From Bugula neritina (lineage: Eukaryota > Animalia > Bryozoa), in NCBI GenBank assembly GCA_964035545.1, contig OZ037770.1, positions 12,638,642 through 12,702,641 of the forward strand: DNA of 64,000 bases. Reading direction: 5' to 3'. Each line of letters begins with the position of its first letter. Within the stretch, counting starts at the first letter, position 1. Positions 1 to 14,100 of this stretch are shown here, piece by piece. The translations under genes and the position numbers were made by a program. The notes beneath the pieces are model-generated. The model ran no database searches, was not told the DNA's origin, and saw nothing but the letters and a program-made list of their open reading frames with translations.

Positions 1-902
1 TTATTGTTTAAGTAGGGCACCAGTGAGCAAATAAAATATTATTTTACTTATTCTTATATGTTAAGCACTTATTTTAAAAGGCTGTCTACATGTTTATGGA
101 GCATATTTTACCCACAAACTCACTACCAGCACACATACCTTTTATTATGGCAAGAGAATCAAACTGTTTAGCCTTATGCAAGGCTAGGTGAAAAATCATA
201 CGTTTCTTCTATTGTAAAAGTGTGGGCCATAGTATGCTGTACTATATGCTGTATTATATCGTATAATGTCATTATATACACTGCTTTTCAAATGGTACCT
301 GAAAGTACATAGAGCTAATGATTACTTATTATGTATTCACTGCAGGATGAGATGATTTTTATTCTCCTATACAAAGTATTTAAAGCAGAAAGTTTCTAAA
401 CTGCAGAGTTTTGCTGTCAACAGCCATTTTTGGGAATAAAATTTTATTTTATAATTTTACATTTTATAGTTTGTAAACTGCATGTACTTTATAATACAGG
501 TGATTAAAATAATGATATATTGTGAAGTTTACTGCGTCTATCACAAATGGTACTGACTGATGTATTTTTTACGAGTTTTCTTTTGTAGCTCTGACTTTGC
601 AAATATTAAAGTTCTATTACAAAAAAAAGAAGTAGCAGATCCAAATTCTGGGACATAAAAATAAGTTTATTTCGACCTTTTATTTTGACTAGCCCTGTAA
701 TTAACATATTAGGTGAGATATAAATTAGGCACATCAATTGTAGATGACTCATAGTCAAAGAAAGTTGTTTTCTTTTGTTTTACAGCTTTATAAAAAATCC
801 TAAAATTATTCACAACAAGATATTTTAGATTTAACCTGCTTTAAAAATGCTTAGATACAAAAAGTTACAGCTGCTTTCGTCTTAACAACTTTATTTCAAA
901 CA

Positions 903-3152
903 CTAATGATAAAACATTGACCTATACAGGCTGACTAAACTATCTTTATATCGGCTCATATAACTGTCTTGGTAACTGTATGTGTCAGTAATCAATGAGT
1001 CATACATTCTGTAATGGTGGACAACTCCAACTTCCGGCTTAACATTTATAATTTCATATCCTGGATAGCATTGGCGTACGTGGTGTACGTCTACAATATC
1101 AGTCCTATCAGTGTTTACGAGAACCTTACTCCATTGATACAAGTTGAAGACGCCAACTGTGTGGAGATACTGGAGGCTCCAGAGATGATGCCTGTTTATA
1201 AAACTGCCATTTGCTGACTTTGTGTTTCTGGGAAACATTTGTGAGTGATACACAAACGCTCCTGCAAATAGCAAAAATAGGTTAGCATTTGAAGATTACG
1301 GAGAGGCACTAGGAGGGTGGATATATTGGTTAGATTACTTGCTTAGTAAGTGGTAGGTTAAGAGTTCAAGGCCATTGATGATGCTAAGGATAAAGTTATA
1401 AGCAGAAATTTCAAGCAGGAGCCATTTTGCCAGCAAGTTTAAACACACAGTCCTTGATTCACTTAAAACACTCTCAATGGTTCTCATGGAATTATAGAAA
1501 CCTTACAATAAATATTTAATAAACTAACCTCATTATCATCTAACACAATTGACACGACAGCGTATAATAGCAAGTAAAGCATTAGCTTTAATAATCATTG
1601 GTCAACTAGCAGCCGTCATGTAAAGGAGCTAATAGCAATTACATAATTATGCTGCACATTACTTTTTAAGAATTGTCTTCTTTTTGCTGTTGTAAAGTAA
1701 TGGCTATTGGAAATCTCAAAGACACCCTCCCTCTTTTGGGTAGTAATTACCATTGAAATGAAACTTTAACCTCATAGTTTATGGTAATTGCATACTTTAA
1801 AAAAGAATCGAGTTGAAAATAGGGATGAAAACTCCTAAAAGTAAGACTTGATTTGTTGCAGTACAAACTTATTAGGCAACATAAACCACTTCAATCAAGT
1901 TGAGACAACAGAATTGTCTTTGCGTTTGCCCACGAATTTTTACAGCGCTTTATAAACTTAAATCTGCTAAAAGCCAGTCAACACTTTTACATATTTTTGT
2001 TTAATAAATCTGCCAAAATGAATTTTTAGGTAAGAAATAAATATTATGATGTTGTGAATAGGTAATTTCTATCTCATAACCTGCTTTCGGGTATTCAGCG
2101 CTCAAGGAAGCTACCATAGACGCCCAGTTTGTTGCTGATCTAGGCACCAGAACCTCGTCGATGTCTATGAACACAAGGTACTCTGATTCCACCTTGTGGT
2201 TGTACAGGCAGTGAGAACTTGCTGCTTTCTGTCCAAATGAATGTGTCTTATTTGAAAGTTCTCCCAACGGCCAATCATAGACGGTTGCTATTGACAACGA
2301 GTGTAGCATCTTTTTCACGTCATCCGACGCCTCGGCAATATAAAAGTAGAAGTGCTCAGCTCCAAAAAATGTACTCGCTGTGATAAAGTGCTTTATAGCC
2401 TTTGTGTTATTGTAGGCTAGTACGATAGGAGCCACACACGCCGCAAACTTATACTTTTTTGAACCATTTCCTTCTTTCACATTGTCTAGAGAAAATCTAA
2501 CTGCTGAGTTGCTACCATTGTTGCTGTAATGCAGAGAAACAGATGTTGGCTGAGATATACGCGTTGCACATGAATATATGTAACTATCATAAGCTTGTCC
2601 TTGCCATGGCACAAATGTAGATATTCGATAGTACACACTCAGTGGAACTAATTCTGATTGGTTAAAGCCATCATCCACCAAACATTGCAGATTCTCTAAA
2701 GTTGATATGTGATTGTCAGTCATTGGACCAAAGCCTACAAACTTGATAATGCTATGGGATGAGTCATAGTGTGCAGAATAGATGAGGCAGCAAGACTGAT
2801 CCGAGAATGAATAGAATTTATTGCTTTTTAAAGCAGCAGGTTTTTGTACTGTCTCTTGTGGAGTCTTTGGCGAAGACCTGTCCTCAGATTCCAACCTCTG
2901 CCAGTGTTGGTTACTGTTGTAGATAACTTCATTGCTGTGAAGATAATGGCGATATATTTTTTTATTTTCAAGTTGCAAATCAAGTTTCAGTGTTTCTGAG
3001 TAGACATCTGTTGGTTTGTTAGTAGCTGTTGCCGTGGTAACCGATGATAATGGCTTCATTAAAGTCTTGAGAATAGGTTGAATGGTTGCACAGATATATA
3101 TGCCAATACATCCAGAAACAAAAAATGCATATATCTTGGCTTTGTTCAGCAT
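903..3152 (-). CDS. Glycosyltransferase family 92 (DUF23)-like type II membrane protein; 2 coding exons (3152-2081, 1261-903)
   Basis: N-terminal hydrophobic anchor and GT92-like motifs (FAACVAP, FFGAEHFYFY, CLYNHKVESEYLVFIDIDEVLVP with DxD, KVLVNT, VVHHYR). Donor GCAG|GTTATG at 2081/2080 and acceptor TTTGCAG|GA at 1262/1261 are both phase 1, joining the two ORFs in frame. Confidence 0.85.
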
Positions 3153-3687
3153 TGTTCTCTACAGTAGGTATACCTGAAACAAATATGGTCCAATGTATTA
3201 CATATTTCTTGACAGAAGTGAAGAAATGGTCTTTAGTCTAAAAAGTACAATTCTATCACAAACTTCCTCTACACAACTGAATAGATGATATGCTACATTT
3301 TATTTAATATAAGATGTAATTTATAGACTATAAATTTGTGCAGTGTATGTATTGTGATTTTCAATAATATAATTTATGCTAACGCATTTGGGAATTGGCT
3401 GAAGTGGTGTATCAACAGAATTTGCTCGGCGATTTAAATCGCTCACTGATTTTGCTATTTCCTGTCACCCCAAATAAATGTATTTGAATCAAGTTAACGC
3501 CATCTATCCAAATATTTTCAGTGCATCGAAACACTACCATAAAAATATATAGTTTTTTTAAACCAATGCTTTGGGTTAATAGTGATTAGTTATTATCAAG
3601 ACTACAAGAGTAGAAACCGTTCCACATTCTACGAATATAATTTATCATTGTTATTATATCTTAAGACTTAAAGCAACATGGTGATAG

Positions 3688-3856
3688 CAATTGCTCTATA
3701 AGCAGCTTGGAGTTGGGGGTGACTGAGTGCAGCAGTTTGGGGTTCTCAAGCTTGGAGTTGGGGTTTATATTGAAATTTGAAACCCCCAACTCCGGCTCCA
3801 AATTCAAGAATTGCAAACTGCTGCATTCAGTCATTTCCAACTGGGAGCTGCTTAGC
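3688..3856. mobile_element. Short palindromic MITE-like element (family copy 1)
   Basis: Inverted ends TAAGCAGCT..AGTTGG / CCAACTGGGAGCTGCTTA and inner GACTGAGTGCAGCAGTTTG / CAAACTGCTGCATTCAGTC. Related copies at 8993-9112 and 10290-10458. Confidence 0.7.
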
Positions 3857-5119
3857 CTTATGGTAATGATGATACTAATAGTAATAGTAATTATTGGAAG
3901 TTAAGAAGATTTGAATAATTTAAACATGTATAAGGCAACTATTTTAATAAAAAAGGGTAGTTTATACTCAATTGTTTAGACTCAATAGTACAGCGACACT
4001 CACCATTAAACTACATTCCTTCATATGACACAAAGCATTTTTAAGTCACAACTACTACAACCCAGTATATAATTTCAGTTATTAGCTAGTAATGATATCA
4101 CCTTCACCTTATGTCATGAGTTCTACTCTTCTCTCTAAAATAGTTGGAGGGCTTTCTTTGTCTCACTTATAAGACCTAGCAAATAGTTGCTAGCACTTAG
4201 CCTCATTGAATGTCTTTGAATACAGCCTTTCAATATAGCTACTTGAACAAAGCAAACAATAAAACAGGCTAGTGGCTTCATTGTATTTGAAAGTCTGGTT
4301 CTCAATTTCACACATGCTCAGCAGCACGATTCCACTTTAGAGTTGTCTTTTCACGAGTACAATTTCTCTCACTGATCGAGGTAATTGAAATTAGATTATC
4401 AAGTAATGCCTGTTGTATTCAATGCTATTATTGAATAAATTATTGGTGTTAATTTTGCAGGGCTATAACATTTAAAAAAATCTTGCAGTTTTAGTAACAC
4501 ATAGCCATATTAATACAATTATTTTAAACTATATTTTGTAATATAAACGCCTGCACATACATATTATTTTATTACGCTGGTATTATAAAAAAAAATCAAA
4601 TTAAAATATATGTCATTAGGTATAAATTTATGCATAATGAACACATACTCCAGTTCAAATTTCTTTGCAAAGCTAAGTGAGAAAATTTTTTTAAAAGCAG
4701 TTAACATCAATTATTATTTGAATTGCCTTTTTTTCGGTGTTTACTTTTGGATGTCTTTGATTTTGGTGCTACTTTCTATTGAACTTGCTAATGACTTCCC
4801 CGAAATTGAGTTTGCCTTGTAGCTCTCTGGTTAATGAGACTTCCTTTTCTTACCAACCGATGATGTGCTGTCTTCTTGTTTTGCTATTTCTCACCTTTTC
4901 TCACTTATCCAACAATTCAGCTGAAAATTTGGCGTTTTACTCACAGGACTCGCGATGTCATCACTTTTTGGTGTCTTCTCATTTGGCATCACTGTCTCAT
5001 CAATTGTTGTTTCAAATTGAGTTGCAAACTTTGTCTTTTTCACTTTCAGAAAATTGGTCTTCATTGTTTTTGCTTGGCGTATCTTTTGTTGCCCCCTCAA
5101 CCTGCGCAGCAAACTTTTT

Positions 5120-8100
5120 CTATTTACTCGCATGATGTGTGATGTCATCATTTTCTGTTATCTTAGCTTTTACTATTGCCTCATCTTGCTTTACAGATTT
5201 CTTTTTACTCGCATGATGTGTGATGTCATCATTATCTGTTATCTTATCTTTTACTACTGCTTCATCTTGCTTTGCAGATTTCTTTTTACTCGCATGATGC
5301 GTGTTCTCATCATTTTCTGTTTTCTTATCTTTTGCTACTGTCTCATCTTGCTTTACAGATTTCTTTTTACTCTCAGGATGTGTGATGTCATCATTTTCTG
5401 TTATCTTAGCTTTTACTACTGCCTCATCTTGCTTTACAGATTTCTTTTTACTCGCATGATGTGTGATGTCATCATTTTCTGTTATCTTAGCTTTTACTAC
5501 TGCCTCATCTTTCTTTAGAGATTTCTTTTTACTCGCAGAGTGTGTGATGTCATCATTTTCTGTCATATTATCTTTTGTTATTGTCTCATCTTGCTTTACA
5601 GATTTCTTATTACTCGCATGATGTGTGATGTCATCATTTTCTGTTATCTTATCTTTTGTTATTGCCTCATCTTGCTTTACAGACTTCTTTTTACTCGCAG
5701 GATGTGTGATGTCATCACTTTCTGTTATATTATCTTTTACTACTGCCTCATCTTGCTTTACAAATTTCTTTTTACTCGCAGGATGTGTGATGTCATCATT
5801 TTCTGTTATCTTATCTTTTGCCATTGCCTCATCTTGCTTTACAGACTTCTTTTTACTTGCATGATGTGTGATGTCATCATTTTCTGTTATCTTATCTTTT
5901 GCCATTGCCTCATCTTGCTTTACAGATTTCTTTTTACTCGCATGATGTGTGATGTCATCATTTTCTGTTATCTCATCTTTTGCTACTGCCTCATCTTGCT
6001 TTACAGATTTCTTTTTAATTGCAGGATGTGTGATGTCATCATTTTCTGTTATCTTATTTTTTGTTACTGCCTCATCTTGCTTTACAGATTTCTTTTTACT
6101 CGCATGATGCGTGATGTCATCATTTTCTGTTATTTTATTTTTTGTTACTGCCTCATCTTGCTTTACAGATTTCTTTTTACTCGCATGATGCGTGATGTCA
6201 TCATTTTCTGTTATTTTATTTTTTGTTACTGCCTCATCTTGCTTTACAGATTTCTTTTTACTCGCATGATGCGTGATGTCATCATTTTCTGTTATTTTAT
6301 CTTTTACTACTGCCTCATCTTGCTTTACAGATTTCTTTTTACTCTCAGGATGTGTGATGTCATCATTTTCTGTTATCTTATTTTTTGTTACTGCCTCATC
6401 TTGCTTTACAGATTTCTTTTTACTCGCATGATGCGTGATGTCATCATTTTCTGTTATTTTATCTTTTACTACTGCCTCATCTTGCTTTACAGATTTCTTT
6501 TTACTCTCAGGATGTGTGATGTCATCATTTTCTTTTATCTTATTTTTTGCTACTGTCTCATCTTGCTTTACAGACTTCTTTTTACTCGCATGATGTGTGA
6601 TGTCATCATTTTCTGTGATCTTATCTTTTGCCATTGCCTCATCTTGCTTTACAGATTTCTTTTTCTTCACATGATGTATGATGTCATCACTTTCTGTTAT
6701 TATTTTATCTTTTTTTACAGTTTCATCTTGTTTAACAGTTTTCTTTTTACTTGAAGAATGTATGATGTCATCAATTTTTGTTTTCTTATCTCTTTTTACT
6801 GCCTCATCTTGCGCAGGCTTTTTTTTCTTCTTTACATGATGTATGATGTCATCACTTTCTGTTATAGCCTGAGTTATAGGCATTGTCTTAGAGTTTTGTG
6901 ATGAAATTGCCGACTGTTTCAAAGACTCCAATTCTTTGCTCTTATCTGACAGGCCCATCAACCTTTTGCTGGCTTCCTTGGACCACGTTGACTCCATGTG
7001 ATTGGTCGAAGGTGTTTTAACTTTGCTCGGCACATCAGTGGCTGAGGTTTTCTTTAAAGAACATTAACATTGTTAAATGATTAGTGTGCACTCAGTGAAT
7101 AACATTTTAAGCTTTAGATTAATTATAATTTAATAAACAAGTTATTTTAAAATTCACGATCGAGTTAGCTAGACACATCTTTTATGCTATTTTAATTTCC
7201 TATAGTGACATTATAGCACTTTGATGCAAGTTTTCGAAGTAATACTTTAATTATTAATTTTCTAAGTAAATTTATAAATTCCAGAATAAAAGTTGTTACA
7301 GGCAAAAACAATTTATAGGACATGTTTGAAACTTTTAGAAAAACCTAAGTAAAATTATTAAGATCTTGCAGCTTATATTTTGAATTAAAAAATACTTTAT
7401 CCTAATATTTTACAAAGAGTAGTCATTCTTAAAACACTTTAAAGATCAACAATTTAATACTTTGAGCTATGCATTGACTACATGACTAACATTTCATTCC
7501 GGAACTTTCAACCAGAGCTTCAAAACTAACTAACGCATTTAATACTGAGGTGATATACAGTTACTATGAAACTTGTACAAACAGAAGAGTTGAGCACAAT
7601 ACTTACTGAGGCACTCTGAGTCAGAAGTGATGCTTTAGAAGAAGGTTTCTTTCGAGTTGATTTCTTATCAAACGGCAGATCTTCGGCTGACAAAGAGTCT
7701 GTCGACTTTTTCTTGAACCCGATATTTCTAAACATACGAAACATGTTCAACAGAGCTCTTTGACAATTGGACTAGTAATGATGTCGATTTGCTTTAACTA
7801 AATAACAAAGTCTAATAGTTTTTTAAAAAATTTGGTAATCGACAAAATTTTTTTAATGAAAAAGAAGTATTTTGTCAATTATCAAGTTTACCCGATATAC
7901 AATTAAAAGTTAGATTTCTTTATAGTTATTCAGATAAATAATTTATGAAACCTAATATATTCTATATTCATGAAATCTTATATATTCTGTATATTATCAT
8001 AAAAAATAATATATGCAATTTTTTTATACGAATCAGAATTTTACTGTAATTGAATTTAGTTTTGTAAAGGAAGTAACAACATTGAAACGCTGCAAGCATG

Positions 8101-11100
8101 GTTTGCTATTGACTTAAATGCTGGTTTCTATGAAAGCATACTTGAGATTTGTATGAGAAAGTTGTTTCCTGTAAGATTTGATAACTCCAAGCAAAAGAGC
8201 TGCTATTATTCCTGCGGCTATAGCAGTGAAGAGCCATCCCCACCATGGAATCAAATCTACAATTTAATATTTAATAAATAGTAAAAATTAAAAAAAAAAA
8301 CTTACAGACAAAACAATATACTTATACGTATAATTTTTTCATATCATATATTTTAATACATCTATTTGTTACATGAATTAATATAAACTATCAAAATAAT
8401 TAATTATTTTTTTTATGAATAAATATAATGCATTGCCGTTACATTATTGCTTAAAACATTAGACAATATTATAAATAATTACACAGTAATTATTTAGACG
8501 TTGCATGTATGATACATCTGACAAAAGTTTGAGTATATCTAACTTAGGGGGGCAGTTGTGGTCTACAGGTTAGAGCGTTTGCCCAGTAGACACAAAGTCA
8601 GGATTTCGAACCCTTACAAAGGCCATTGGTATAATGTTAGGAAGAGCATTCATGCAGCTATAATTACTCCTGTGCCCCACAGGGATTGCTACTATAAATT
8701 TGTGTAAGCTTCTTTTTAACATATCTAACTTACCGAGTAGTTTAGTGGTAACCTTATTAAAAATCTGTCGCTGTGGCCGGGCCTCAACGCAACGTCCTGA
8801 CACTTTATTTGCTCTGCTCTCATCAAAGCATCTGCATGAACCCAGCACCGAGTTGCTGGATTCTACTAGAGTGATTGTTCTTTCATCGCAGATGGTTTCC
8901 CCGGCTTCATCCACCACCCAACTACAGTCTAGCTGGTTTCTGCATTTCACTGAAACGAAACACAAGCCAGGTGTTAGAAACGAACTGCACTATTATAAGC
9001 AGCTCTGAGTTGGGAGCAAGAGATAATTTTAGTTTTCAGTTGGGACTTAACTTCAAACTTGAGACCCCACACTAAGATCGTCCTTCACCTCCAACTGGGA
9101 GCTGCTTATAGCACAATTCATTAGAAACAAGCTAATACAATGCAATGTAAGGTTCATAGTTGGTAATTTCTAGAGTTACTTGATGTACTCCGAGCTAAAT
9201 AAATAGGCTAACTATACACTCATTTGAATGAAAGTACTATTTTCTTCCTTTGAAAAGGTGTGGATCAAGCAAGGAAGTTGTTTAGGGGACAAAACAATTA
9301 AAAATGTGAGCTACATAAACTTAGCTCAAACAATAATAAGAACAAGTTCCTAACTATGACCACAAAAAAAACAATTTTATATACTGAACACTATGCATAC
9401 GTTTCATTTGGTCAACTTGAGAAATATTATAATATGCACATTATATTATAATCACTACCTATTTTATATAATAATAGTATTTATTTGTATTTAAATATAA
9501 TTGGTATATCAAATTCTGTGGCCATATTCTGCTGTACTCACGCTACCTTCTCCTGGTTGACATCGTTGACTAGTTTTCCCGCTGGTTACATTCTGTGTAG
9601 TAGTGAGGACAAAGCCGTCAGGGCAGTAGCAGAAACCCAGCGGATGGCAAATACTAGAAGAAATTGTCTTCTCGCATAACTCTTTATCATTCTCACACGT
9701 TATTTCTGTTCTTATCTGCTTCTCAATGAAATCGTTCTCTAAAGAGAAAACAACTCCATCAACTTCAGCTGTAAATACAGTCAAAGTATCTTAGAGCATT
9801 TACATACTAAAAGAAGTTGCTTTGACAGCTAGGGAGCAGCTACAGTTTAGGACTTATAGAGCGCTTGTCTAGTTTAAACTCTAAGTCATGGACTCGCTTC
9901 ACACTATTAACATCTCAGAAAGCTTGAAGCATTTAATGTGGCTGTAAGAATTTAAAGTTCAACCTTTACAGATGTATCCACCCGAACCATCCTCTTCACA
10001 TATCAACCAGCTGTACAGACATGGACTGTCTCTGCAAGCATCTACAATACATATACCATTCACTCATCTGCTAATAGTAAATCTTGCAGTCTATTTATAT
10101 CGATACAAGCTTGCAGTTTTTAATGAAAAGAGATGAATGTTGAACTAGTCAAAGAGCGAAAAAAGTCACTTTGAAATTTATTTTAATCTCAAATAATTTT
10201 ACCAAGTTGAGAGCAGACAAATCTTAGTTAGCAAAAAAGTTAATAGCTAGCTACATTTGCTATCTAAATCTTAGACAGAACAAACAAAAAGTTGCTATAA
10301 TTAACCTTGAGTTGAGGTTGACTGAGTGCAGTAGCTGTTTAGAATTCTCAATTTTAGGGTTAGGGGTTTAGTTGGAACTTAGAAGCCCCAATTTTAAGCT
10401 TGACACCCCAACTACTGCACTTAGCTACCCTCCAACTTGGAGCTGTTTATAGCAAGTTTTGAAGTTAACATCTCCAGCTCCTTGGTTTCAGAATAAAAGT
10501 ATAGTATGTGATGACAAATTGCATTCACTTGTAGCCAGGCTGTTGGCATATAAACCTACCAGCTATGGAACAGGTGACTCCGGAGTACCCGGCCGAGCAG
10601 GTACAGGTGGGCGGTTCAGAGCTGTCACTACAATTTCCTCCATTGAGGCACTGGATTCTACCTCCAGCACAGGGAGTTTCCGCTTCCTCGCAGTATTCTC
10701 CCGTGTAGCCAATAGCTAACGAGCAATTGCAGGATATTGCATCATAGTCACACGTACCTCCGTGAAGGCATGTGATGTTTTCTACAAGAGAGGACAACTT
10801 GTATAGTATGACTTGACAATTTGTTAAATATTTACTCTATGTGTGGGGTTAAAATGTGCAAGTAAATTAAGATTAGTAAATAAGAAAATTCAAAAATCTT
10901 AAAAGCCGGTTCAAAAACCAGATTTTCATGCGAAGCTATCAACAACAGATTCTTGAAAGTGGTGCGTCAACTATTTTGGTTCTGATATTTAGTATTTAAT
11001 GTCTTTATTCAAATAGCAGAACAATGTTTTACTATCATACAAATGGGCAATACGTTTTATTTTGTTTTTGAAAGTGGTACTCAAATCTTTGCTATGTATA

Positions 11101-14100
11101 ATTGTTTAAAATCCCTTTTATTTCTACAACATTCTGCCTGTAGCTCATCGTAGTAGAAACTCTGAATAAAATCATACAACATACGCATGTCACAAGGATT
11201 GCATCCATCTGTACATAGTGGCAAATCTTCAGCAAAGTTATCAGCAAAGCTTTTTACATTATCTACAACATTATTATTATTTTTCTATAATTTATACACA
11301 TACAATCACATAATACTTATTGAAGCTTATCTACGCTCATTTTTACTCATAAAAAAGCTTTTGATAGGTTTTGAATAAGTAGTATTGTATATTAGACATA
11401 ATATTCTGATATCAAATGTTTACCAAACTGCTAAACACAATTTGCTCAACATTAATTAATTAGGCAACGGATCATGAGGCCTACGATCAGTTAATCTACA
11501 TTTTTTTGATATATACGACAGCAAAACCCGTGTTTTGAAACGCATACATTTGGTTTAGAGAAGGTTCTCAAAATGACATTTCAATGTAAACTAGAAACCT
11601 TAAAATTTAAAATTTAAACCTAAACTTGGTTTTAAAATTGGATTTAATATTAAACTTTTAAAGCATACATGCAACCATTAATCCTTCTTTGGTAGCACAC
11701 GATTGGTATTATAATTTAGATACACTCAGCTGCTAAACTTTCAGCAAAAACAAAAAATGTTAATGAAAAAAATACATCTTTTGCGTTCTACTTTCTTAGT
11801 GTAAATAAACAACGTGATATTATATTTTGGATAACATTGTTTTCACCTTCAGAGTTAATAGAAATTTATAAATTAGAATGTCATGTAAGATTCTAACTTT
11901 TAAATTTCATTCAACTTATATCTCTGAAGATGGATTATAAAGACATCCAAAATATAAGTTTATTTTGTTTTATATTTAAATTATTAAAGAAGTAAACAAA
12001 AAATGCATCTTATTTATTTATTTTTTATATTGATTTGCTGCTGCAGAAAATTTAGCAGTTGGGTATCTACATCATAATCCTAATCTTGTGTTCATTTTTA
12101 TTGAATAGAAGTTACTAGCCGTAAAGGTATATTTACACAAACATATATATAATGTATATAAACAGTCAAACACACCTAAACAAGTTTCTGTAGAATTATC
12201 ATCCAACGCGAGTCCAGGTGACGTGTAACTGATGTTTAGGAGGATCTGGGAGTGTCTTTCTGGCTGGTTATTGACTAACCTGATGTACGTATGAGGTCTT
12301 AGTATGTTCTCAGAGCCTGCAGATTGGTACCTCCAGTCACAAAGTACTGGTATATAATCTGCAGGTAAAGACCATGAAGTGTTACACAAGAGGAAATTTA
12401 TAATACGTGAGATTTAGGGATTCAAAAATGTACGCATACATTTTTGAATCCTCGGTTCTCATACACATGCATGCAATAAAAATAAAACGCATTATTGCAC
12501 ATGTTTGTTTGTATGGAAGTTTTCTGAACATTGCCTTAGCAGCTATATTAAATTTTGAAGGAGATTATCGTATCCTTTCTTTAGTGCATGGGTATGTATA
12601 AATAAAATAAAATCAATTAATAGTGTATAAGTAATTAAATAAATATGTCATGTTGCATTGCGGAATAAAAACACGCTCTAATGGCTTGGTTATTTAAATT
12701 CAAAATATATAAGTTTATATTTCGAATTTATGTAGTATGGTTTGTAGAGCTGATCATACTTGTTTTAGCGAGTATAAAATATGATGCAGTATCACTACAT
12801 TTTCAAACGTTGCATTATTCAAAGTTGAAGAGTTTGTAACATTATGGACATTAAGAGCTGTTTTACATGCATGTACAGTAATTTAGTTACACATATAGGC
12901 AACTTTTTAAGCTGCGCATCATACGAATAAATTTTTTATTTGGTGTTTGGAAACAATTTAATCAAGCAACAGTCATAAGTTCTCGCAAACCTAATCACCA
13001 CTTCATCAGAAGCAGTGATAGACATCTTCGTACCTGATGCACTAACATCACCGGAGTTTGCGGTCACATCTAGTACAGAAAAAGCTCGATGGTAGGCAAC
13101 TTTGTTCTCTTCTTGTTTATCTTCTATGTAAGCAGAATAAGTAACGTCCGTTCTTTCCTGGCAGCCAATGTATACCTACTAAACCAAACAATAAGTTGTA
13201 AAATATACAAGCATTGTGTGAAAATGATGCTCTTTTTTATAAGATCTGTAACATGAAAGTTCAATTGTTAAGTTCTCAGCTTGTCATAAGCTGCAGTTCT
13301 TTAATTGGTTATAAAAAAATGCAAAGGTAAAAATAAAACTTTTAACTGATTAGAATTTAAATTATTGCATAATAATATCTATATTCTGGCTTCAAAAAAG
13401 TTTTACCCTTAGAGTGTGAAATTAAAAAGTAAGTAAAACTGTGTAATTTAAAAATATTTAATATTAGGCGCAATTATATCAAAACAGATTAACAGTAAAA
13501 ATGCTGCATGTGGTACATTCGGTTTTTAATTTCACAATTTTCCTTTTAATGGTTGACTGAGAGGTAATGCTTATGTTCGAGAAATCCATGAAGTCTTCTT
13601 TACGCTTGTTTACTTTAAATATACATATTAGCATCCAATCATACATTTGCTAACTTCAAGTATGCTAATATCCAATCATATGCTTGCTTGCTTTCAATAT
13701 ATCATATAAAACTAGCAACCAATCACACACTTGCTAACTTTAAACATGACATATCATCCAATCACAACCTTACTTACTTTAAGTATACTATATAGCATCC
13801 AATCACACACTTGCCTTGCATGCAGCGAAGTAGTAATAAGAAAGCTTCTTTGTTATAAAAGGACAAGTCACAGTGACGTCTGCGTTTCTGCTCACGCTGA
13901 TGAGTTGGCTAGAGTTTGTCTCATTATTCCTGTATTCAACACCATCTACTCTGACCACCACATACGCTTGCACCATTTTATCTACAAACAGAACAGTACG
14001 TTGACATGCCTAATAAAATGGAAGATATTTCACATCTAAAACAGATTAAATTACAACTAAACTTTAAATAAATAAAATAACATCAACTGTGTTAGAATAG

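Noticed and set aside
5054-6754. Long plus-strand Cys/Phe/Ile-rich ORFs (154 and 404 aa)
   Set aside because: Antisense shadow of the 81-bp repeat; the minus-strand frame is the one with splice-compatible context.
5123-6865. CRISPR-like periodic array
   Set aside because: Whole units repeat with no unique spacers, the period is a multiple of 3 and coding, the context is eukaryotic, and there are no cas genes.
8570-8733. C-terminal part of ORF 8570..8965
   Set aside because: Lies past the G|GTAAGT donor at 8734 and runs through an antisense SINE.
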